From contig CM035355.1 of NCBI GenBank assembly GCA_020137815.1, forward strand, positions 3,038,001-3,102,000: a stretch of DNA of 64,000 nucleotides, read 5' to 3'. Position 1 is the first letter of the stretch. Every line of letters starts with the position of its first letter. The stretch is from Hormiphora californensis (Eukaryota > Animalia > Ctenophora). The position numbers and the translations under genes are program-made. The notes beneath the pieces are model-generated. The model made no database searches and was not told the DNA's origin. It saw only the letters and a program-made list of their open reading frames with translations. Below are positions 25,030-36,674 of the stretch, in pieces.

Positions 25030-25465
25030 CAATCAATCAACTCGAGTATCCAAGTCTCCACTTTCTAGAACAATACGGAAAGTATTCAACTGACCACCAG
25101 ACATACAAACAACCTCCTCTATATCTCCTGACTCCCTACTCCTTAGTCCCTACTAACTCTAAAAATTCAACGAATTCCTTTTATCACAATAGTACAACTC
25201 CTCACACATCAACTCCGGGAACAACTCGAAAACCCTTAGACCAGTACGATACTGACTCACACATCAACTCCAAACTAACAACAGAAAAACTCCCTACACA
25301 CACATACAACAAGCTGGGATTCCTTTACTAAATTGTCTTCTGCAAACATTACACACACCGACAAACTCTTACTACAACAGACTATAATCACTCTCCATTA
25401 TAAGCCCTCTGGAAAAGATGAGTCTTGAGGAGCACCTTGAAGCGGTCTTCTGAAGTTTCCTCCCT
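25030..25465 (-). mobile_element. Short 5'-truncated L2-like LINE (3' UTR plus last ~25 codons)
   Basis: Minus strand REETSEDRFKVLLKTHLFQRAY matches the ORF2 C-termini of neighbours (REASSLETFKQMLKTHLF). Confidence 0.7.
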
Positions 25466-27486
25466 TAATAATAATAATAATAATATCGAACATTTATATC
25501 CCGCTATCATGCGTTAAATATGATAGTCCACTACTCGTATTACTCGAACTAATAGATATAACTAAAAGAACACCGAGATTATCGTTAAGACTCTCACCGC
25601 GTCTATAGCGGCCATCTCAAAGCCAGAGTAAAGCCATAAATAATGCTTACTACGATTAAATTGATTAAAAATAAATAATTAGAGTAAAAAGATGATTAGA
25701 TAATAAAATAAGTTGATTGGTATAAAATAGATGTAAATAAAAAGGGCTAAGTGAGGGACAATGTGCATGCTAACAGTTTGAGCTAAATAAAACATAAAAA
25801 GGGGGGATGGTGGGAAAATGCGGTTAAGATAAGGAGTTATAGAATAAATAAGTCGCCCGTAGGACTGGGTAGTGGGTGCATGAGTCAGGTTGAGATGATA
25901 CAGTTAAAAAATAAAAATCAAAAGCATAGAAAATTGATTAAAAAATTATTAAATTGATTGATTGATTGAGATTAAAATAGTGTTATGATAACATAATATA
26001 GTGTGGTGATTATGGATGATGCCTTGTCTTTGGGTCTTGCCTTTGGGTCTTGTCTTTAGATTCAGTTTAGGAGCATTAAGGACAGGAAGGGTTTAGAATT
26101 CTAGTTTTCGTCCTCGGTGTTCCAGGCGCCTTTTTACAATCAGGATAGGCGATTGCGAAAAGGTAAGACTTCAACATTGTCTTGAACATTTCGAGAGATG
26201 TCGCTTCTCTTAGATTCCTGGGCAGCTTGTTCCATATCTTAGGAGCACATACACTGAAAGCCTTCTGTGTACTAAGATATTTGTAGTCATGGCGTCTTTC
26301 CAATAGGGTCAGGTCCTCATCAAGACGAACTTTTCTGGTCTTTGGTTGTCTGCGTGTAATCATTTCCGAGAGATACTCAGGCATAAGTCCATGAAGACAT
26401 TTGTAGACCAAGAGGCAGATTTTAAACTCGATTCTTTGCTCAACTGGCAAGAAGTGGAGTTTCATCCTCATCTCAGTAACACCACGTCTACCTTTTGAGC
26501 CATAGATGAATCTGGTAGCACTGTTCTGCACCTTTTGCAGTCTTTGTAGATCATGCTTTGAGAGTCCTACTAACAATGCATTACCAAAATCAAGCCTGGA
26601 ATGGACAAGTGAATGAACAAGCTGAGTTTTTAGTTCCACAGAGAGTCCCTTTCTAATCCTCCACAGGTTCGCCAGCTGACTCCAACAAGACTGTATAACT
26701 CGGGATACGTGTGATGACATGGAGAGGGTTTGATCAAACCAGATTCCCAAATTACGAGCTTCTGTGGATGGTTCAGTCGGCTGATCATCGTTCTCTTGAA
26801 GAAGGATAGACATAGGGTTCGGTGTCTTATCAGCCTTGTTGTTGATAAAAAGCACTTCAGTTTTACCTGCATTCAGTTTCAGGTAGTTCGTCTTCATCCA
26901 CCATTTAATGTGTTGCAGGCATTTTTGGACGTTCTCAAAGATACTGTCTTGGTCCTTTCTGTTGAAGCTAACATAGAGTTGGGTATCATCAGCATACATG
27001 TGAACTTGTAGGCCATATATACCTGCAATATCCTGGAGCTCTCGAATATACATAATAAACAAGATCGGTCCGAGGATAGACCCTTGTGGCACTCCAATAT
27101 CAATTTCGATTGATGGAGAGTTCTCTTCCCCAATATTCACAGATGCCATTCTACCTGTAAGATAGGATCGAAACCATTCCAACGCAGTCAGTTTGATACC
27201 ATAGCTAATACGTAGTTTATCTAACAGGGTGGAATGCTTGACGGTGTCAAAGGCCGCAGATAGGTCAAGCAGCAGAAGAATAACCTTTGATTTACTGTCC
27301 ATAAGGAGAAGGATATCGTTAAATATCTTCAGCGTTGCTGTTTCACAGGAATGGTACCTCCGGTATGCTGATTGCTTAGCTGGTAGGAGCTTGTTTTCCT
27401 CTAGGTATTCGATCAGCTGTATTGATACACACTTTTCAACAATTTTCGAGACAAAACTAAGGTTGCTTATTGGCCGGTAACTGTTT
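25466..27486 (-). mobile_element. 5'-truncated L2-like LINE (RT domain intact, ORF 26076-27302 open further upstream) with (TTA)n tail
   Basis: LDLSAAFDTV, GVPQGSILGP, YADD; (TAA)n at 25466; truncated at NSYRPISNL. Confidence 0.93.
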
Positions 27487-28174
27487 ATAATAATAATAAT
27501 AATATCGAATATTTATATCCCGCTATCATGCGTTAAATATGCTAGTTCACTACTCGTTTAAACTAGAACTTAAAGATATACTTAAAGAACACCGAGATTA
27601 TCGTTAAAACTAACACCGCGTCTATAGCGGCCTTCTCATAGCCAGAGGAATGCCATTCAAGCTAATTTTGATCAAGAAATAATAATAAAGAGAGAGGAAA
27701 AAAGTATAAAAAATACGTTATGGTATAAAAAAGAAGAAAGATAGATGATTGTGATTTGAATATTGTTAACTAGTAAGAATTAGGGTGGAGTCATGATTGA
27801 AATAGTGTGTGGGGAGTGAAATAAGTTGAAAAAATTCATCGAAGTGGATGGTGTGGAAAGGCAGTGACTAAGGTTGGACAAAATTGATACAAAAAAAAAG
27901 AAAGAAAAGTGAGTGATAACAGCTGGGTAGCTTGAGTCAGAATGAATAATACAGATTACTTTTGATTAAAAATAATAAGTTAATTGGGTGATTAAAATAA
28001 TAAATTAGTGGATTGAGAATATTTTTATCATAAAAATAAATTATAATAAGTTGTAGTAAAATAAAGTGATGTGCTGTGATTAAATTGTGTGTGTGTGGGC
28101 TTGTCTTACGGATCTTGTCTTGTCTTTTCTTTAGCTAAAAGTTAGTCAACTCAGGACCCATAGACAAAGATGTA

Positions 28175-31100
28175 TTATCGGCAGGATGGGTTTAAAATCT
28201 TGGCCTTCGCTTTACGTGGTTGAGTCACTGTGTTCGTACCACTGTTACTATCTGGATAAGCAACGGTGAAAAGATGAGTTTTCAACATTTGCTTGAAAGT
28301 TTCAAGAGATGATGCTTCTCTTAGGCTTTTAGGTAGTTTGTTCCAAATCTTAGGTCCGCATACACTGAACGCTTTCTGAGTGGTAAGATATTTTGTATCA
28401 TGGCGTTTTTCCACTAGGGTTAGGTCATCATCAAGACGAACTTTTCTGGCCTTCGGCTGTCTGCGTATAATCATGTCTGACAGATACTCAGGCACAAGTC
28501 CATGTATACATTTATAGACCAGGAGGCAGACTTTGAAAACGATTCTTTGCTCGACCGGAAGGAAATGAAGTTTCTTCCTCATTTCAGTAACTCCTCGCTT
28601 TCCTTTCGATCCATAGATAAATCTAGTGGCACTGTTTTGCACTTTTTGTAGTCGTTGCAAATCCCGTTTTGAAAGTCCAACGAGTAGTCCGTTACCAAAA
28701 TCTAGCCTTGAGTGAACAAGCTGATGTACAAGTTGAGTCTTTAGCTGTACAGTGAGTCCTTTCCTGATCCTCCATAGATTTGCCAGCTGGCTCCAACACG
28801 ACTGGATAACTCGGGACACATGGGATGACATTGAGAAGGTTTGGTCAAACCAGACACCTAAATTTCGAGCTTCTGTGGATGGTTCAGTCGGGATTTTGTC
28901 ACTCTTTTGCAGGAAGATCGATATCGGATTAGGTGACTTGTCTGCTTTATTGTTGATCACGACAATTTCGGTTTTACCTGAATTTAGCTTTAGATAGTTA
29001 GCTTTCATCCACCATTTGATGTGTTGAAGGCAGTCTTGGATTTTCTCAAAAATGATGTCCTCATTGGCTGGATCAAAGCTGATATACAACTGGGTATCAT
29101 CTGCATACATGTGCACGTGTAGCCCATAGATACCTGCAATGTCTTGAATCTCTCGTGTATACATAATAAAGAGGATGGGACCCAAGATTGATCCTTGAGG
29201 GACACCTATCTCGATTTCGATTGAAGGAGACATTTCATCTCCTGTATCAACCGAAGACGTTCTACCAATCAAGTAGGATTTGAACCACTTTAAGGCCGTC
29301 TGCTTGATGCCATAGTAATTATACAGCTTGTCTAACAGAGTGGTATGTTTAACAGTATCGAAAGCTGCGCTTAAATCAAGCAACAGTAGAATCACTTTTG
29401 ATTTGCTATCCATCAACAGAAGAATGTCATTGAAGATCTTAAGTGTCGCTGTCTCACAGGAATGATACTTCCGGTAGGCCGATTGCTTGGTGGGCAAGAG
29501 CTTGTTTGCTTCGAGGTATTCAATCAGTTGTAATGAAGCGCATTTTTCAACAACTTTTGAGACAAAGCTAAGGTTGCTTATCGGCCTATAACTGTTTAGT
29601 TCCTCAGAATCCAGATCCTTACCTTTAAACGACGGACGGATGATGGCTTCTTTGAAGACTTTTGGAAATACACCTTTTGTTAAACTGTCGTTAACAATCC
29701 GTGATAACACAGGTATAAGCTCAGGAAGTGCGTCATTGACCATGCTGGAAGGCATTGGATCTAGAGAACAATGCTTCTTGTTCATATCACGAATAGTTCT
29801 GGCCAGTTCCTCATCGGTCACAGGTCTAAACTTAGTAAGCGATGATGTACAGGTTATTGGTTCAGGTTGAGTTGTTGGGGTTGGAACATCCTCAGCCTCA
29901 ATCACAGAGTATATTTTTGTTACTTTAGCTTTGAAGAACTCGTTAAATCTGGTTGCTAGTGGAGTTGCTTCCTTTTTCGATGGCAGTGTTGAAGGTGTTT
30001 TTTCCTTTCCAAGCAAACTGTTGACCACTCTGTGTGTAGATTTCGGGTTTCCTTTTACTCCTTCTAGTTTTTTACTGACAAAACTAGCTTTGGCATTACC
30101 AAGAACTTTGGATGCGAACTTGCTGGTGCTTTTCCAACAGTGGTATTTTGAGACAAGTTTCTTAGGATTTGTCTTCTTTAGACGAGCACGTCTCCAGCGT
30201 CGTTCGGCTCCTCTACGTATTCGACGAGCATTTTGGCAAGTAGGCGTTCTTATCCATTGGGGTTGGTCTGGGTGCTTTATCCTCTTTTCTTCTTCAGGGG
30301 CAACTTTGTCTGTGATGGACTGGAGGGTTGTGTTGTATAGCTGAACACATTCTTCTTGGTCGGCTGGAAGCGCTTCAGAAAGTTTGGAGTTTCTAATGAG
30401 TTCACGAAGATTCGCTGGGTCAACTTCTTTGAAATTTCTGCATTTTTTCAATACTTCGTCGTCCTTCATCTTTAGTGGTATTCCTGCTGTGCACTTTACT
30501 AAATAGTGGTCTGGGGCAGGAGGCACAGGGTATGACTCTATTTCAGTTACTTCGATTCCATCTGGCATTCCATGAAATAAATGTGGAATGTGTTCTTCAT
30601 TTATTTCATCAAGTTTGCTGCTGCAGAACGGGGCACCAATGGTGTCAGGGAGTGGGGCAATATCCTGGGTAAGGATAAGATCCAGTGTGCCTCCTTTGAT
30701 GTGGGTCGGTCCAGTTACTTTATTTCTCCAACCAAACTGGTTCAGAAGTTCATTGAATTTTCGAGTTTGGGGATCTAGGTTGTCCTCGACATGAATATTG
30801 AAGTCTCCACATATTAAACAGCGCTCTTTCCTCTCTGCTAATTTCAGAAAAAGATCCTCTAGTTCATCTAGAAAGGCAGTAAACTGGCCTGAGGTGCCAG
30901 GCCGGTACACTACAACTATCCTGGTATTAGTAGGTACTTTGAGGAGAACCTCAAGGCATTCAAACTGCTTAAACTTGTGACAATACTTACTTGTTTTCGT
31001 CCTCCTTCTGGTAACTAAAGCTACACCACCTCCTCTACTTACACGTGGATGTGATACTATGTTGAAACCTGCTTCTTTGAAAAGAGCACAGAGAGCACCA

Positions 31101-31273
31101 TCGTCCTTTTTCATCCATGTTTCTGTTAGTGCAAAGGCATCTAAGTCTTCATCTACTGCAAGTTCCAGGATATCGATTGCTTTGTTCCGCAGAGAAAAGC
31201 AGTTAAGGAGCCCAAACCTCAGCCTTCTGGACACAGTTAGTTTTTTGACAGGTACTGGAGACGGATGGGGCAT
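28175..31273 (-). CDS. LINE ORF2: APE endonuclease plus reverse transcriptase, 1032 aa, uninterrupted
   Basis: LTETW, RGGGV, VYRP, GDFN, TLDL, DH; RT with PQG and YADD motifs. Confidence 0.95.
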   Translation of the reverse strand: MPHPSPVPVKKLTVSRRLRFGLLNCFSLRNKAIDILELAVDEDLDAFALTETWMKKDDGALCALFKEAGFNIVSHPRVSRGGGVALVTRRRTKTSKYCHKFKQFECLEVLLKVPTNTRIVVVYRPGTSGQFTAFLDELEDLFLKLAERKERCLICGDFNIHVEDNLDPQTRKFNELLNQFGWRNKVTGPTHIKGGTLDLILTQDIAPLPDTIGAPFCSSKLDEINEEHIPHLFHGMPDGIEVTEIESYPVPPAPDHYLVKCTAGIPLKMKDDEVLKKCRNFKEVDPANLRELIRNSKLSEALPADQEECVQLYNTTLQSITDKVAPEEEKRIKHPDQPQWIRTPTCQNARRIRRGAERRWRRARLKKTNPKKLVSKYHCWKSTSKFASKVLGNAKASFVSKKLEGVKGNPKSTHRVVNSLLGKEKTPSTLPSKKEATPLATRFNEFFKAKVTKIYSVIEAEDVPTPTTQPEPITCTSSLTKFRPVTDEELARTIRDMNKKHCSLDPMPSSMVNDALPELIPVLSRIVNDSLTKGVFPKVFKEAIIRPSFKGKDLDSEELNSYRPISNLSFVSKVVEKCASLQLIEYLEANKLLPTKQSAYRKYHSCETATLKIFNDILLLMDSKSKVILLLLDLSAAFDTVKHTTLLDKLYNYYGIKQTALKWFKSYLIGRTSSVDTGDEMSPSIEIEIGVPQGSILGPILFIMYTREIQDIAGIYGLHVHMYADDTQLYISFDPANEDIIFEKIQDCLQHIKWWMKANYLKLNSGKTEIVVINNKADKSPNPISIFLQKSDKIPTEPSTEARNLGVWFDQTFSMSSHVSRVIQSCWSQLANLWRIRKGLTVQLKTQLVHQLVHSRLDFGNGLLVGLSKRDLQRLQKVQNSATRFIYGSKGKRGVTEMRKKLHFLPVEQRIVFKVCLLVYKCIHGLVPEYLSDMIIRRQPKARKVRLDDDLTLVEKRHDTKYLTTQKAFSVCGPKIWNKLPKSLREASSLETFKQMLKTHLFTVAYPDSNSGTNTVTQPRKAKAKILNPSCR

Positions 31274-32259
31274 TGTGGATCAGCTGCGTTGTGAGTATGA
31301 GCAAATGATTGAATGGATGGGTTACGTGATTTAGAACAATTAGAACATTTAAAGGCAGACCAATTTTTCTTGTTAGGGCATTCTCTGGCAGAGTGCTTCT
31401 CAGAACAACGGAAGCATGTTGGATCCTTCGCTTTACAATCACTCGCATAATGACCGAAATTTTGACACTTAAAACATTGTTTTACAAATACTCGCTCTTC
31501 TACAAAACAGTTATAATTGCCAACATGAATAGAACCACTGCTGAGAATCAGATCACCAACAGGTTTGCTGACCTTCAACCCAATAGTGGCTTCATTCTCA
31601 TTTCGACTGTACCTCTGAAACGACACAACAGACATCTTCTCTCCTCTTTCCAACAATTCAGCAACTCTTGGGTTAAGCTCACAAATAGAATCTAAAATCA
31701 TCGTATCTGTCTCATCCCTGTCAGTAATGTGCTTAGCAATAAAAGAAACATCAGCACCTCGAATAGATAGTTTAGGCTCATGTACAAATTTTCTCATATC
31801 AACATTCACATTTTGAGATGCGACTTTAGTCACTGCCTCGTTCATTTCGTCAGCACTTTTGAACCAGTATTGTACTGATCCGTCTTTCTTGTTCTTCTTA
31901 TACTCGGTAGGAATCTTGGCAAGTACATCATTAGCACTGTTGATATCATTAGCTTCTCCGGATATAACTAGCCGTGCACTGCCCAAATGAGCTTCAGAAT
32001 AAGGCACAGAATAGGGCACATTTGTTTGTCCATCAGCGGCTGCAATTGGCTCTTTTTGTTTAGCAACTTCGGTAGACACGGTTGATGTTATAACAGCAGC
32101 GATTTGTTCCTCAAATTTCCCTAGCATAGATTGCTCAAATGTTGCCAGTTTATCCTCAAGAATCCTCTGGGTTAAAGGGGAAGGCTCATCTTCGTCCTTG
32201 TTGTTACAGGTAGGACAGAACCAAGCTAGACCCTCGTTCTGATTTATGAGGGCACACAT
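31237..32259 (-). CDS. LINE ORF1 (partial PHD-like N-terminus, gag-like zinc knuckles)
   Basis: WFCPTC; CFKCQNFGHYASDC, CFRCSEKHSAREC, CSNC..H..C. Confidence 0.88.
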   Translation of the reverse strand: MCALINQNEGLAWFCPTCNNKDEDEPSPLTQRILEDKLATFEQSMLGKFEEQIAAVITSTVSTEVAKQKEPIAAADGQTNVPYSVPYSEAHLGSARLVISGEANDINSANDVLAKIPTEYKKNKKDGSVQYWFKSADEMNEAVTKVASQNVNVDMRKFVHEPKLSIRGADVSFIAKHITDRDETDTMILDSICELNPRVAELLERGEKMSVVSFQRYSRNENEATIGLKVSKPVGDLILSSGSIHVGNYNCFVEERVFVKQCFKCQNFGHYASDCKAKDPTCFRCSEKHSARECPNKKNWSAFKCSNCSKSRNPSIQSFAHTHNAADPQCPIRLQYLSKN

Positions 32260-32289
32260 TTAACTGACTTACTCTGCACCAAAAATCTG

Positions 32290-33745
32290 CCGGAGGAGGT
32301 GAGATGTAGGACTGAAGCATTCAAGTTCGCCGACGACGGATCTGTGTTGGTTTTTGGAGACCAGACTCAATGCGAGAGAACTATGGCAATAGTTTTGGAC
32401 TACATTCACAACTGGTGTCGGAAGTGGAGACTAGCGGTGAACTGTGATAGAAATAAAACAGAGATTGTCATCATCAGACCAAGGGGTTCATCAGATGATA
32501 GTGCATCACCTCAGCAACTGAAGATTGGAAATAAAGTTGTCACTTTTGCCAAGAATAGTAAAGTCCTTGGGGTTTACATTGATAGTAACCTAAATTTCAT
32601 GACTCATGCTGCTGATGTACTGAAAAGATGCTGGTTTAACTGGAACACATTAACCTCAATGACTGGTCGACTGACAGGGATTAACAGTTCGGGGCTTTCG
32701 CTACTATTCAGAACAGTAATCTTGACAAAGATCCTTTATGCAGCACCAGTTTGGTTAAGACAGCGAACGGACTTCTTCGGAGATCTTCTTTCCCGAGCAC
32801 GGCTGAAGATAACAGGGGGACAAGTTCACATAGCCAAACCTCTGTCAGAACTCCTAGCATGCGTGCCTCCTATTGACGTTCTTGTGGAAACAGTGGTAAC
32901 CAAATTTGTCCTAAAAGGCCTTGCAGCTAAAGATAATATATCAGCTAAACTACTACAAATTGAAGCGGAACAAAATCATGTGTTCTTCTGGCAGATTGCT
33001 GCTACCAAAAGATATTTGGTTTGGAAGTCGACTCAACTAGACGGTGTCCAGATCCAGGATTCTAACAGAGATTCAATCAGAACTATTAACTTGGGAAGTT
33101 TAGAGCCAGACACTTTCCTGTACTCAAAAGAGGAAATGAGACAGTACACATGTAGTTTATGGGACCGGTCACTCAAATCATCGATTAACCATTTGACTCG
33201 AGATGACCCTTTCAGCATACTTCCTATTCACTCTCAAGAAGAACTCGCCAACCTTATCAACTCAGAGGCCACTTTGGATTTCCCCATAATTCCAAGAAAC
33301 ATGTCCCGACAGAACTCATCTCAGGTCTTAGACTTTGTACATGGCAGATCCTTACGTTTTCAAGACTTCAGCTTCAGTTACCTAAGATACGAGCGATCAC
33401 TTACAGTTCCCAATTGTCTTGAATGTGGCCAACTCCCAGATTCAACATTCCACAAGTTGTTTGAATGTTCTGCGATAAAAGATGTGGAAGGGCCCCGTGA
33501 GGAACTAAGGGTGATATCTTCTTATGAAATGAACTTCCATCTTCCACTAATTTTCTCCAAAGACAAGCAGGTAAAATCGAACTTTAGAAAGCTAGTAAGA
33601 GCTGTAATAGAACAATCTTTATTTGGGGATCAACTGCTTGTGTAATGGGTTTATATTCTAATTAATTGTAAATGTATAACTGACCAGCCCGAGACGTACA
33701 CACTGTGTACGAATCGCACTCCACGGAGTGAATTTTTAACTAACT
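32290..33745 (+). mobile_element. 5'-truncated LINE of a different family (RT C-terminal half, thumb, C-terminal zinc finger)
   Basis: ORF 32299-33645: FADD, WCRKWRLAVN..KTE, LGVYIDSNLNF, CLEC..H..C; short TAAC-type tail ~33736. Confidence 0.88.
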
Positions 33746-34459
33746 TATTTAATCAATTTACAATATATTTTAATCATTATCTAATCAGTATTTTAATCGA
33801 CATTTTATATTTTTTTGTATGATCTGACAGCTGAGAAAGTGTGAAAGAGACCTAGAGAGTTCCATTTTCCTCGCAAATAGGAGGGCAATATTGACAGTGT
33901 CAAATTATTGTAAACAGATTTAATAATAATAATAATAATTTAACTGTTCATTCCACAGCTGGGGTCCAGCAATCGAGAGTCAGTGTTGAGATCAAAGATC
34001 CTAGACAGGGCTGGTTGTTCTTCTTTTAGTGCTGTAGAGAGATCGTTCTTCCGCATGTCTTCCTTGAGCGCAGTGTCAGCTCTTAGTTCCGAGCATTTGA
34101 CTTCAATCGCTAAGACATCGCTAAGACATCCACTTGAGAAAGTGATACTTTAGAGAGTGCGTTGGCACCATTTTTCTGGGTATATATTCACTATTGAGTG
34201 GGATATTAAGTGCATAATTTACATTTACATTTACATCGCCTTTTCCGGACAAAATCGCAAGTCGTTTGAAACGCACTTTACATTACAACGAGGCGCGCGC
34301 AAATGCAACGCTTTCTTTTAATAATTCGCCGCGGGCGTTTAAACTGACCACAGGCAGCGCACAAAAGTCAAAAACTTTTCACGAAAAAAACGTCGCGTTT
34401 GTGTTTTTCGTTGAATTTTTGTCTTTTTCGGGAGTTTTGACCGTTGATATCTAACAACT

Positions 34460-34500
34460 CACACAGCAGCCCCTAGTTACTAACAAGGGGCTGCTGTGTG
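34460..34500. other. 15-bp perfect-stem hairpin upstream of the RWD gene
   Basis: CACACAGCAGCCCCT..AGGGGCTGCTGTGTG. Confidence 0.8.
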
Positions 34501-34740
34501 TATTCTAGGCCAGTGCTTCGATCCCCACTAGAGGTTCAAACCCCCTTAAGGCACCTATTATCAAATATAACCACCCTGGTCCCTGGGCCCGTCCCAACCC
34601 TGCTGCCTGCACACAAATCGGCGATCGCACGCCGCAGCACACCGCCCGAAAAGGGAGGTCAAATAAAGATTTGTGAGATACAACGAACCATCTTATAAAT
34701 ACTATTTAACACAGGGTATGGCGGATGATGTGGAGTAACG

Positions 34741-36478
34741 ATGAATGCGGAGGAGATAGCGAGGGTCCAGCGGGATCTGGAGAACACTGTCCCAGGATTA
34801 GAACTAATATCAACATCATCTCATTCAGTGCAAGTTAAAATTAGGTAAGTCTCCAATCTCCATATTTCTGTGTTCTTCTGCGCGATAAGTGTGAATTGAA
34901 CAATTGGGGGTGGAAACTGGCCCACTATGGAGAACAAACCTGGATCTATTCTCCCCCCTCCAGGCGAACGGATCACAAACAGCTCCGTCTACTGCTAATG
35001 TTCCCCGAGGGATATCCATCCAAGTCCATCTTAGTTGAAGTTAAGTCACACACCCTACCCGAGCGAGTTATGAAGCTAATAGAGAATATATCTGAAAAGG
35101 AAGCCAAGAAACTCCAAGGACAACACCAAGTGATCGCTGTGTGCAAGGTGGTTCGGCAGTTCCTGGATGAGAATATGTTTATAGTATGTGCGGCTGAACT
35201 GGATGCCGTTAAAAACAAATTAATGGAGGAGGGGGATGATATAAAGATAAGGCAGAAAGCAGGGAGTTTCACTGTTAAGGCATACAAGAATGGATACTTC
35301 ATGGCGATCAGACTGAGTATCGATGATGACTATCCCACTGTAGAAGTCAAGTAAGTAACTACTTGATACTCACGCCGAAACGTTGTTAACTTCTTGTTTC
35401 CCTGTTAAGTTTATCTTTGATACTCTCCGCATCTAGGATGAGAACTGCAACCTCCAATTGGTAAATGCCGCCAAAGTTTTGTAAATACAATTCTCATTTG
35501 TTACAGAATCGAAATGAAAGAGACGAACTTTCCTAAGGATCTCGCCGAGATGTTTATTAGACAAAGTGTTGAACACGCCAGAAGATGCATTGTGCCTCCT
35601 GCAATCATTAAAAAGGGGTAAATAACTCAACTGTTATCTGCTATTTTAAAATCAATTTTCGCTATCACTCAAAAAAAGATTATGCACATGTAACATATTT
35701 TAAGCCCGAAATATTTTCTTTCAGAGACCCACCATTCAAAGTGAGAGCCTCCATATTGCCTGTAGCAGAGTACCTAATACGAGACTGCATCAAATACTAC
35801 CCTGCTGCAAAGTGCTCAATCTGTGAGGAACAGGCTTTCCCTGAGGATCCCGTCAATGTAATTTTGATTCTTTATTTTCTTTTTTAAATACAATGCTTGA
35901 TATCCCCGATTTGCGATCGGTACGACGTGGTTGCCCTCAGTTCCACTAGTCAATAGTCATATCTTATGGCTGAAATGGGTGTTACCTATAACACATGTTC
36001 CAAACTACTCCATATCCCAGGTAACCCAGAATGAGAAAAGCCCAGTGTATGTTGAGTATGTGTACTGCTCCCACGTGTTCCACCACAAGTGCCTGGATGA
36101 CTACATGAAGACACCGCCCTTCAAAGGTAATGGCATTCAGGTCTTCCCTATATTCGGTTGATATGAGTAGAGGAGAGGGTTGGTTGCTAGTTGAGTCGAA
36201 GAAGGGGGAGTCGAGTCAACTTACAAGTAGGAACGATTTGAGTTTGTCAAGTTACCAAAACTGTACTCAGTAGCCATGGTAACAAAAAATAAAGTTTCTG
36301 GCTCATTAAGTTCACGTTTTGTCGTCTCCTTATAGGTGGAAAGAAGTGTCCCATTTGTGCAAAACGGATATTTCACGAAAAGTGGAAGGCCACCCCGGAA
36401 CTTCTTGAGCAGCGATGGGCTTACAAACAAGCTAAAGATAGGGAATTAGCAGAGGTGTCCGACTTTATGGAAATTTAG
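34741..36478 (+). CDS. RWD-like domain plus RING-H2 protein (putative E3 ligase), 6 exons
   Basis: FPEGYPS and DDYP RWD-like motifs; CSIC..CSHVFHHKC..CPIC RING-H2; GT-AG introns; TAG at 36476. Confidence 0.8.
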
Positions 36479-36674
36479 GTGTTATTAATATATTAACGAT
36501 GTGTTACGGGAATATAATGTGAGCTATATAATATATTTTATTGGTTGTTGCATAGGAGTATACTTCGTTGTCGTTTCTTTACGGGGTTCAAATCCTATAT
36601 TAAATATAAAGCCGTACAAATACATTTTATTACAGATACTAACATCTGATACCCAATATATAGACAGTGATATC

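Larger units (their letters stand above)
27487..32290 (-). mobile_element. Near full-length L2-like LINE, 5' end lost within ORF1
   Basis: (TAA)n tail at 27488, 3' UTR homologous to the one at 25466, ORF2 and ORF1 present. Confidence 0.95.

Noticed and set aside
24701-25036. Lys-rich and Phe-rich ORFs
   Set aside because: Poly-T low-complexity tract.
33939-34200. Minus-strand reading frame broken by an 11-bp duplication as a host gene
   Set aside because: No recognisable motif; more plausibly a retroelement 5' remnant.
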